A DNA stretch of 64,000 nt, taken from assembly GCF_000143415.4 (NCBI RefSeq), contig NW_003314271.1, positions 806,001 to 870,000 of the forward strand, read 5' to 3'. Positions 22,747 to 33,632 of this stretch are shown here, piece after piece; the stretch's first letter is position 1, and every line of letters begins with the position of its first letter. The notes beneath the pieces are model-generated. The model ran no database searches. It saw only the letters and a list, made by a program, of their open reading frames with translations, and was not told where the DNA came from. The translations under genes were made by a program, and so were the position numbers. This stretch comes from Selaginella moellendorffii. Lineage: Eukaryota > Plantae > Lycopodiophyta.

Positions 22747-25700
22747 GACAAATCCGGTGGCCAGCGAGCGAGTACGTGGGGGAGTCAAGCGAAAAGAGAC
22801 AAACCCACGGATAAGAAGGTCAAGTCGTATAGCAGCGTGGGAAACAACGTATGCTACAACTGTGGTGAAGCGGGACACTTTTCGAGGGAATGTCCTTACC
22901 CGAAGAAGGCCAGAGCCAATATGGCCATCAAGTCGGGTGAAGTCCAAACTGAGGTATGTGATCCAGTCCCTAACTCAAAGTTACTCATTACACGAGCAAC
23001 TTTGGTAGAGAGTCGTTCGCGACATCTACTAGCCCTCTGAGGGAAGCTCGGAGGTAGCTTTGTTAAGATCCTTATTGACACGGGTGCTTCGGATAATTTT
23101 GTAGCTGCAGATATAGTCCGGCAAGCCGGACTAACGGTGCAGCGGCTAGGCAAACCAAGGACTATAGAGTTTGTTCAAGGTAGCCAAAGCACCAATGAGG
23201 TACTTCGACAAGCGAGAGTCGAAGTGGGAACTTGGAAGGTGGACATGGATTTCACTGTGTTGGACATGGCGGGGTTTGACGTGATCTTCGGAATGGATTG
23301 GTTCAATCGGTTCGTGGTAGCCTTGCATGGACAAGGTAGAAACCTTGTGGTACTGGCGAATGCCCAAGGAAGAAGATCTAGGGTGGAGGCCCAAGATCTA
23401 AAGGTAGGGCAAAGCAAGGCCAAAGATTCCTGCTTAAACCTGGTGTCCACGAGAGGATAACTCACTAAAGGAACTAAGGCAGCCTTTTTGTGCTTACTCT
23501 CGGTGAAGAGTGACAAAAAGACAGGAACGGAAGAAGTACCTTTAGTGATTCAGCAGGTGTTGGACCAATTCCAGGATACCATGCTGGAGGAGCTACCGGC
23601 GGGGCTGCCCCCAATACGACCAATAGAACATAAGATTGAGCTGGTCGAGGGTGCTGAGGCGGTGGTTCGTCCCCCTTATCGTTTGAACGAAAAAGAACTC
23701 AAGGAGCTCAAGTGCCAACTAGAGGAGTTGGTGGACAAAGGGTATGTTAGGTTGAGCAAGTCGCCATATGGGGTGCCAGTGTTATTTGTGAAAAAGAAAG
23801 ATGGATCTATGCGCATGTGCATAGACTACCGGTTGCTCAACAAGTATACAAAGAAGAACAAGTACCCTTTGCCAAGGATTGAGGACCTGTTTGATAGGTT
23901 TCGAAAGGCAAAATACTTCTCGAGGATTGACCTAAGGTCAGGATACTACCAGATCAGGGTAGCCGAGGAAGATGTCGAGAAAACAACCTGTCAAACAAGG
24001 TATGGGAGCTTTGAGTTTCTAGTGATGCCCTTCGGGCTATATAATGCGCCAGCAACGTTTTCAGCGCTAATGAACCACATCTTTGTACCCTATCTGAATC
24101 ACTTTGTGGTCGTCTATATCGACGACATCTTGATCTATAGCGAGACGCTAGAGGAGCATGCCGAACACTTGGCGAAGGTGTTTGAGAAACTAAGGGAACA
24201 CAAACTGTATGCTAAAGAGAGAAAATGTGACTTTGCTCAACAAGAGGTAAAGTTTCTCGAGCATGTGATGGGCCAGAACAGGCTCAAGGTGGACCCGGAG
24301 AAGGTCCAAGCGATCCAGGAATGGGAGCGACCATCGAATGTACACAAGTTGAGGGCATTCCTGGGGCTATGCAACTACTATTGAAAGTTTATCAGACACT
24401 ATTCGAGAGTAGCCCTGCCCTTAACAGACCAAACAGGAAAAGGGAAGATGGTGTGGACAGCGGAATGCGAGGCGGCATTCGTCCACCTCAAAGGGAAGTT
24501 GAGGAAGGCTCCCGTATTGGCATTACCAGACTTTGGTAAGGACTTTGAGGTAGAAACGGATGCTTCAAACTTTGCGTTGGGCGCAGTTTTGAAGCAAGAC
24601 AACCATCCGGTAGCGTTCTTCTCGAAGAAGTTGGACAAGGCTCAACGGAAGTGGCCTGCCCACGAGAAGGAATTGTTTGCGGTGGTCAAGGCACTCAAGG
24701 AGTGGCAACACTACCTTGGGAGACACTTCAAGGTTTACACGGACAATGTGGCAACGAAACACTTCTTGTCACAGCCCGACCTGAGAGGGAAACAAGGTCG
24801 GTGGGCCAATGCCTTGGCCGAGTTTGATTGTGAGATTCTGTACAAGCCTAGGAAGAGCAACATCGTGGCGGATGCGCTAAGTTGAAAAGCGAGCTTGAGG
24901 TTGGCAATATCCAGCGCAACAGCAACCTTCTGGGACGATGTGCGGACAGCATATGAGAACGATGGTCTAGCACAAGAAGTGTTGCTGAGGAATCTAGAGG
25001 CACAGGAAGCTCACTAGAGAGGTGAGCTGCCAACAGAAGAGAAAACGGGCTATGCGGAACACAACGGACTCATCTATTACAAGCAAACGAGGGTGTATGT
25101 TCCAAAAGGGGAACTAAGGAAGGTGGCCTTAGAAGAGTGTCATGACGGACCTCTTGCGGGACACGGCAGAGTGCCCAAGACGATGGGCTTACTCAAGAGG
25201 AAGTACCATTGGCCAGATATGGCTAAGGACGTCCAAGACTATGTAAAGACATGTTCAACATGTCAGCAGGTAAAAGCCGTGAATAAGGCTAGTGGGGGCT
25301 TGTTGCAAAGCATCCCAATTCCAGATCGTCCGTGGAAATGTCTTACGATGGACTTCATCACGGGACTCCCCCCAAGCGAGGGGTTTGATGCGATATTCGT
25401 GGCGGTGGACCGATTTTTGAAAATGGCACATTTCATACCCACCACAATGGAGGTGGATGCGGAAGGTGTGGCGAAGCTATTCTTCGAACAAGTGGTTCGA
25501 GTGCGGGGAAGACCGGAAGAGATCATCTCAGATCGAGATAAGATCTTCACCAGTAGGTTCTGGAGGACTCTCTTGGAACAGTATCGCACCAAGTTGAAAT
25601 TCAGCACAGCCTATCACCCACAGACAGGTATGGGGTATTAAGTCAAGTTGTTGGCACTAACACTTCTTGACAGACAGACAAACGGAAAGGGTGAATAGGC

Positions 25701-26540
25701 AACTGGAGGATTATTTGCGATGCTATGTCTTGGGAGACCAGACCGATTGGGTAAGTCATTTGGGACTTGCAGAAATGTGTTATAACAACTCACCACATTC
25801 GAGTATCGGGGTGAGTCCATGGGAAGTCATCAATGGGCGAGCTATTGAAGGTCCTGTGGAACTCGGCGTGGCCGAGTATCATGGAGAGTTGCCCGCAGTG
25901 GAGGCATTCACGGTGGAAAGACTCAGCATTTGGAATCTAGTGAGGGATTCCTTGGAACGGGCTCAACAAAGGCAAACCAAATACGCGAACCAGAAGTGTC
26001 GGGATGTAGAGTTCCAAGCTGGGGAGAAGGTGTGGCTGAACACCAAGAACCTCAGACTACCAAGTGGGATCAGCCGAAAGTTGACCCAAAGGTAAAGATG
26101 CATGTATTCCTGTAAATGAATTGATCTTGAGTTCCTTAAGCAGGTTCGCGGGGCCTTACGAGATTGAGGTACGAATCGGTAAAGTGGCTTACTGACTCCG
26201 ACTTCCTCGAGAGATGGGGAAGATGCACCCAGTATTCCACGTGAACTTACTCAAGCCATACTTTGAGTATCCGCTTCGCAAGGACCAAATGAGACCTTTA
26301 CCTGAGGTTATCCAAGGGGAAGAGGATACAAAGTCGAGCCATCCTCAATGCATGGGATCCTCTAGAGTGACCTCAGCATCAGCTGCCTGCTCCTCAATGC
26401 GTGCAAGAGCAAGCGACAAGGACGCAAGGTGAGAGAGTTCCATGTGAAGTGGAAAGGATTTCCACACTGCGAAGCAACATGGGAACCGGAGGAGAACCTA
26501 GCGAACGCGCGAGATCTAGTGGAGGAATTTCTGCAAGGCA
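22747..26540 (+). pseudogene. pol: gag C-terminus (CCHC knuckle) and pol: protease, RT, RNaseH, integrase, chromodomain; several nonsense changes
   Basis: CYNCGEAGHFSREC; LIDTGAS; [14 protein letters not shown]; ETDASNFALG; H..GH..C..C zinc finger, MDFITGLP, IISDRD, AYHPQTD.QTER; GPY; FHVKWKGF..EATWEPEENL. Confidence 0.95.
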
Positions 26541-26960
26541 GAACTCTATGTACTTATGCAAAGTTCAATTAAAAATATCAATTTGCAAAGTTGAGCAAGT
26601 GGCATATGTTGGGACCCGAAGGCGCGCCGAAGGTAAGCTAATTAGCATGGGTTGGATAGGTCGACCAGGCGTAGGGCATTACGCCCGACTCCCCGCGGGG
26701 ATGTCAAATCCGTAGATGTATTCTATGGAGGTTGGGTTCGAGTCCCAACCCCCTAGTAAAGCAAGGCTGGGTTCAAGTCCCGACCCCATACTAGGGTGTG
26801 GTGAGGTGAGGGGTATAGGGACACCTATATTCCGTTGTCATGGGCTCTTGGCCAAGGAGGCTAACTTAGGCACACCGCTAAGTGAGGGGATGCCCCCGGA
26901 GACATGGTCAACAAGTCGTAGGATAAAACGAGATGTTCGATGTGGGCATCAAACGTCTTC

Positions 26961-26975
26961 TATGGGTGGTGGAGT
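26961..26975 (+). promoter_or_regulatory. Polypurine tract of the gypsy element
   Basis: TATGGGTGGTGGAGT immediately before the TG of the 3' LTR; identical to the nested element's PPT. Confidence 0.85.
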
Positions 26976-28148
26976 TGTAAGGAACCAACTTGCCGAGGTG
27001 TTGTAGGCTAAAGGAACCCCAAAAGCAAAAGCATGACCAAAATGACAAAGAGTTCATCGGATGGGACCAAGTCGAAGATCGAGTCCAAGACCAACTCTAG
27101 GACCGAGTTCAAGATAGAGTCCGGAATCGAGTCCGAGACCGACTCGGGGACCGAGTTCGAGTTCGAGTTCGAGACCGAGTTCGAGACGGAGTCCGAGATC
27201 CGAAATCGGGTCCGAGACCGAGTCCGAGGTCAAGTCCGAGGTCGGGTCCAAGATCGGGTCTGAGATCGGGTCCGAGATCGAGTCCGAGACCGAATCCGAA
27301 GTCGGATCCAAAATCGGGTCCGAGATCGAGCCATAGACTAAGTCCAAATACTAATACGGGTCAAGGGGTGAAAGCCCAAAGCGTGCGTCTCCCAGGGGGG
27401 GGGGGGGCAGGGGCTGCAGGGGGTTCCAAAAGTATAGTAGGGATAATGAGGTCCAGGAACTAGTCTTGAAGGAATTCTCCAGTGGTGCTTCCAAACTGAC
27501 TTGAGGTTGAGACTGGGGCCGAGGGGCCTTGGGTGGGAGTGAGCATGGGCTTGAGTGGTGCCGGAGGGGCCACCCAGGGAAGTGCTCAAGAGCAGCTCCC
27601 ACTCCCGAAAGGGAAACCGACTGCGGTGCTCCCGGCTCATGTGGAGTGGTGCCCCACTTGAGTACCTTGTGGCTCATTGGTCCTTGCCCTTCCTAGGGGC
27701 TTGGGCCTTCCCTTGGGGATGGAAGTGGGGGGGTAGAGGTACCCATACTGGGCCGTTAGGCCACGGTGTTTTGCCCCGACGTCCCGAAGCAAGTGCTACA
27801 CCCAAGACTTAGGATTTAGAGGGTCCCATGATCAAGTCTTGTGGTACCAAGGGGTGTTAGGAATCTGGAGGCTTGGTGTGCTTGGCTGCTTGTGCTTGCG
27901 GGGAGTGTAGCCGAACCTTAAGTCCAGTCTAACCCGGGGAGGGGGATTGGGAGAGATTTGGGAATCCGTAGATGAATGGCTAACACTCCGTTGCTCGTGT
28001 AGTGAGTAGCTGAAACCAAATAGGACCAAGTAGGAGCTGGTACCATAGGCGGGAACCTTGGCGAGGGAACTTAGCACAAGCCAAGGCAGAGTTGGTCGGA
28101 TAGACGAGGTAAACTGGCAAATTGGAAAGGAAAAATTTATGGCTTACA
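26976..28148 (+). repeat. 3' LTR of the gypsy element, with a degenerate GTCCGA-type 6-mer array (~27060-27330)
   Basis: TGTAAG...CTTACA termini; matches 1-677. Confidence 0.95.
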
Positions 28149-31100
28149 ATAGGCTCATGAAGCTAATAGTGTGGAGATACTAAATATGCCAAGGTGTGAT
28201 GCCTTGAGGTCAAGTTGGCAGATTCATAAAAACCCCTTGCCAAAGGAATCCCAATGAAAATGGGAATGGCATAACATAAGCTGGAAGGCATATAGTTAAA
28301 GTGTGGTGACCCAAATAATGATGGAGGTGTGAAAGCACTAGCAATGAGTTGTAGAACTTGATAACTATGAGGCAACGAAGAAAAAAGTGCAAAATAATTA
28401 ATTGGATTGGTAAAAGTAACTACTCAAGATCTTTTATTGGGATAAAGAAGTTAAATATACCCTTTTGGGGGATAAATTATTTATGTTGAAATATAGTAAG
28501 TCAATGTTGTAAAGGAAAATGCTCATTGTCAAAGAAGGTCATTATTGGGACACCAAAACATTCTAAAACACTAGAGAGTGGTGTTTCGAATCATGAGAGC
28601 ATTAAATAAGGTCCAAGAGACTAAGTCTTTAGCAAATAATGGATAGGAGGTATTATCTAACGCCAAGGTTGTGAAGACGGGAGAAATCTATCTATCCAAA
28701 TTGAACAAATCCAAAAAGAGATTTTGGCATGGCTAGCAATGGGCATAAAGAGGCCCATGCGTAGCAACGTTAATTCTGGTGCGTGAGATTGCACGGTGAA
28801 CATATCTAGATTGAAGAACCACTCTCTAAGTTATTGAGTAGGTTCATCCCTAAGAATACTTACTAAAGTATAGTAGAAAGTGCAAAATTACCCTTTTAGA
28901 TAGGAGGAAAATAACTAAAGGGAAGGCACAAAGCTAAAAGCAAGTAATAAAGGGATAAAATTGAACTTTAGAAATTAAAGGGCATAATCAAGAGTTATTA
29001 TACAAGTTGGGAGTGGAGAATCAAGTGGATACTTGAACGTGTTGTTATTAACAACCATGATGCCATAGAGAGTCTAAAATATAGAATTGTCCATGTTAAA
29101 TCATATAGCAATTAGAAAGTTTGCAAAAAGAGAGGTCTTAGCAAGCTAAGGGATAAAGTCCCTTCAAGGTTCTCAAAGACAATTCTAGGTAGATTAGTAC
29201 CTAAAAAGATAAGTATAAATGATTTATAAAACGCGTAAAATTAGAGTGGCACAGCAAAACTGTGGTCTTGAAACTTATTATAAGGTGAGACTATTAAGGT
29301 TAGGGAAGTAATCCCTGAGTGTTCAAAGAGATGACTTTGAAAAAGAGTCAATAGTTAAAGACTTTCATGCTTATGCATGAAACCATGTTACACTAGTCGA
29401 GTGACTTGTTAAGTGAGATTAGCAAGTCAGGGGGAATAAAGACCTTAGTTGAAGGTGTTGACTTAAAAAAATATGGCCTATAGAGCTAAATATGGAGGAG
29501 TTTATATATGATCATAGACTTGTCAAGTGAGAAGATTTAGTAATGTGGAGGAATTAAATTCTTAAGTTGTGATCTGCAGTGCACTTTAAATATAAGTTGG
29601 TGCACCGGCATGGGAAGTCATGCCAAACTCCTAGGTGATACCTTCTGTAGATGCATATATGAAGGTTGAGTTCAAGTCCCAACCCTTTAGTGCTTGGGTT
29701 TGAGTCCCAACTCACTAGGGTGTAGTGATGGTTTGGAATTTGAGGATATTCATTTTTCGGTGGTTATGGACTCCCAATAAGGAGACTGGCTTAGACATAC
29801 TACAAAGTGGGGGATGCTCTAGAGTTGTGATGTACAGTTAGATTGCTTAATGTGAAAGCTCAACCTATCTAACTTGAACACTTTGGTGCAAATAGCACCA
29901 AGGACATGGTGAATGAAATAGGGACATTTAATCTCAATTGTTATGAACCCTTGGTGGGAAGGGCTAACTTGGGCACACCACCAAGTGTAGGGGATGCCCT
30001 TGGGGTTATGGTCAATAAGTTAAAGGTCTAGAAGACATAATATCAATTGGCAAACTTGTTAAGATGTCAAAATTAGATTATTATGTGGTCTTATGGTTAA
30101 AATAAGGATAAAGTCCTTGTGAGGTTAAAGAATAAAGTCCCTAGTTCAAAGTGTTAATTTGAACTATTGGTAATGGTGTGGCTTCGTCATAGTAACCAAG
30201 TGGAAAAAACATCTAAGGGAAATGAACTGCAATGATGCAGTGGTATTGCGAGTCTAAGAAAGGGTCTTGTGGGTGGATTATTAAGTTGGGTGATACATAA
30301 AGCCTGTAGTAGAAAATGCTAGAGAGACCTACTAAAGTGAACACCTTCTGGACTTGGCAAAAACAAAAACTTTGTTATGGAATCGAAAGGATACTTCGAG
30401 GATGGAGGTAGTGATTCTATATTACTTGGTGCAACAATCAAAGGATAGGAGTAAAAGACTAGTTGCCAAGAATGAGCCATGGAATTCATTGGAAGGAATC
30501 TAAATGGCAAAATTAGACAAAAAACACTAATGTGTTAAATGTTAACGGATTGTGGGAAAGGAAATGTGTTTCCAAGGATAAATTCCCAAATGTTCCAATT
30601 TGGCAAAGGTGAAAACTCAAAAAGAGGGAACAGCAAAGTAGCCAAATGATAAGACTGTGGACAACAAGTTATGGAAAAATGGAATTTAGTGCCTAGAGTG
30701 GCACAAAATAGGAGAGAGGATGGTGGTGCCCTCAAGTAAAGAACTTTCTAAAATGGGGAAGTGGAGTTTGCACAATATGTGCAATGCAAGGTGTTAGAGA
30801 CATCTAGGAAATTGACTTTAAGAAGTCAAAATTAAAAGTTTCAAAGTGTGATGGTTATGCTAGTAAAGGCCAAGGCTACTCCTAAATGAATAGTGAAATT
30901 GAAATAGAAACGGTGCCTCCAACACATTTAGCATGAACTAAACGAATAAACGGGGAAAGACCACCATTGGTGGTCCTAAGTTGGATGCTCCTTAGAGGAT
31001 GGACAAGGCATGGTAAGTCTTTGGTGTCAAACCATTGATGAATATTGGCTAGGTACCAAGGATGGAAAGGGTAATATATATTAGTGTTACTTTATAAAAT

Positions 31101-32573
31101 GGTTTATCGTTCAATGAGGATATTGAATTTCATTTATGGGTGGAGTGGCCAAAGTGGAAGCTAAACAAGTGTAACACATTTGGACTAAAAGCTCCGACTT
31201 GAAAAGTCGAGAGTGGGAGAGGAACTCCTAAGAAGGGCTTGAGGAATAAGCTTGAAACAAGCAATAAGTGAGTCTTTAAGAAAGGGACATAAAAGGACCA
31301 ACACATGACATGTGAAAGTGTCGAGATGGAGTCTGAGATGGAGCCTAAAATGGACCCGAGATAGAGTGTAAAATGGACCTGAGATGGAGTCTGAGATGGA
31401 CCTAAGATGGAGTCCAAAATGGACCCAAAATAGAGTCCTAGATGGAGTCCAAGATGGATTCGAGATGGAGTCCGAGATGGAATTGAGACTGAGACTGAGA
31501 CTAAGTCCAAGTCTAAAACCAAGACTGAGATCGAGACCAAGTTCAAGTTTGAATACTAATACAAGTTGTCAGGTGAAAACCCAAAGTGATCGTCCCCCCA
31601 GGGAGAGGGGGCATGCAGGGGGTTCCAAAAGTATAGTAGGGAAAGTGTGGGGATTGGACCCCAATGGAGCTAGTTTGGCTAAGAAAGGGCAATGTGACCT
31701 AAGAAGGTTATGCCCATGTGTTGGGTGATGATATATTTACTGAGGAATCCAAAGCTAGAGTGAATATAAACAAACAAGCGGGGTAGCTTGGTAAAGTGTT
31801 TAAGAGCCAACTCTAACTCCCCCAGGAGATCGAATAGTTAATGCTTTCAATCCAAGTATAAGTGGCATTACCTACTTGAATATATAGCATGGCTCAATAG
31901 AACCTTGCTCTAGCCCCATGGCTAGAGCACCCAAAGGCGAAGGGAGAGTACCCATAAGGCTTGCATAGGGCTATTGTGTTCTAAAATATTGTCTCAAAGT
32001 CCTGGATTGTGGAAAGGAAGAGGAGTAGTCCTCTGGTGTAGTGACCAAGAATGTGGTCATAGGGTGAGAAAGTCCTAGAAGACAATAGGACTTAGTAATC
32101 GGGCCTGTGGGCCTTGATTCAGTGGCAATGTTGGCAAATATGGCCATAAATAGAAAGGAATTTGGTGCAAATTGAAAAAGGGATATTAGGGAGGGTTATT
32201 CTCTATGTCTATGGGCATCCTAAGGATGCTAAGGAGTGGATTTGAGATGATCATTCATGGACAGATGGCCCAGCCTTTGAGAGACAAGATTTTGATATAG
32301 GTAATATTAGATCATTGATGTGACAAAGGTGAATGAGTATGGCTTTATCATAACGGGTTAATAGGTCAATAGTACCTTTGGGTGTTAGTCATAGGATCGG
32401 ACACGTGGAGCATTTGGATTAAGTGCAAAGGTTGAGTGGAATAAATGCCATTCTTAAGGTTAACAAACCTTAAGTCCAGAATAGAATTTATAGAGGTTGT
32501 GAGTGAAACTCCTCCAAGTGGTCGAAAGTGTGGTTAAGTGACTAAAGTAGAGTGGACATTTTAATTACTTACA
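28149..32573 (+). mobile_element. Old degenerate copy (3' half and 3' LTR) of the non-autonomous LTR family found at 4274-11797
   Basis: Colinear with the reverse complement of ~8940 down to 4274 (e.g. GCCAAGGTGTGAT, CCCCTTGCCAAAGGAATCCCAATG, TGTGGTTAAGTGACTAAAGTAG); pervasive C>T and G>A changes; ends ..TTACA at 32573. Confidence 0.88.
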
Positions 32574-33632
32574 ATTTCCTATACTCTTTGGATATATGCT
32601 CAAGAGTTTGGCTCCATCTCTTTTTTTAGTGGGCTAAGGCCTTGAACTCAGGTTCCATTCCACTACCCTTGGCCCACATGTCCAAGGGTTAAGAATCTAC
32701 TCTATGGTTATCCTATAATAAACCACTATAGGGTAAAGGGAGTGCAAATGTCTCAAATGGTTATAACAACAATGTTAATATTGCAATACATGTTGTTTAT
32801 GCTGCCCAAGTCAAACTCACCTTAGTTGACCCATGTCACTAGCAAATATTCTACCATGTGATCAATTGTGTAATGAGCTCCTTTAAGAATGTTGAAACAT
32901 GAAGTCAATAGGAGTTCCAAGTAAAGATCTAAGCACTTATAGAGCACCTCAATCAAGTACACACACAGCCCACAAAATTCAAGAAACCCTATTTATTAGA
33001 AATTTACCCAACCAAGAAAATGTGTTGCCCTACTAATTTTACAGTTATCAATATAGTATTTGCCAAAACCAAGGCTAAGAAGCACTATAGCATACAGATT
33101 CTACTGCATGCTCCATTTAAGAATTTAGTGAGTTGCAATAAGAGTATATAAAGATTACTTCATAAAATTGCTTGAAGATGCCTTGTTACTAATGGCTGAC
33201 TATGAACTACAATCAAGACCCTCCAAAACACTAAAACTCATTAAAATTAAATGTAATCTCACTAACATTTATAATTTCATCTTCTCACTAAAAACACTTT
33301 AATAAGAACACTTTTAAACAATTAAAGACTCTAAGAAAGGAGCTTAACCCTTCTTTGTCATTGCCTTTCTTCTTATAACTAACCCTCCCATTAATTTCCT
33401 CCAATCTTTATTCTTCTTTAGCATAAATTCTCCTCTCATAAAACTCTTAAGGAATATGTGCACATCTCACATCATACTTTAGATGCCACATCAATCAAAA
33501 AGACTATTGGACAACTCAAATAACAGAATCACATTTTCTATAAACTCTATCCTCCCCATGTCGAGAAGCTTTCCATCTGACAAAGTGTAGATTAAACCAT
33601 TAAGAACATATCAGATTTTCGGTTTGTTTCAC

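Larger units (their letters stand above)
1..28148 (+). mobile_element. Ty3/gypsy chromovirus LTR retrotransposon (5' end outside window), interrupted in gag by a 21-kb DNA transposon
   Basis: 5' LTR ends ...GCTTACA at 677, followed by a PBS. Order is gag, protease, RT, RNaseH, integrase, chromodomain. PPT at 26961-26975 and a TG...CA 3' LTR at 26976-28148 whose right part matches 1-677. Confidence 0.95.

Noticed and set aside
23404-23470. Additional intron removing the TAA at 23458
   Set aside because: The segment reads as plausible protease-RT linker in frame; the stop is more simply a point mutation.
32574-33540. AT-rich relic after the old LTR
   Set aside because: No recognisable motif or ends.
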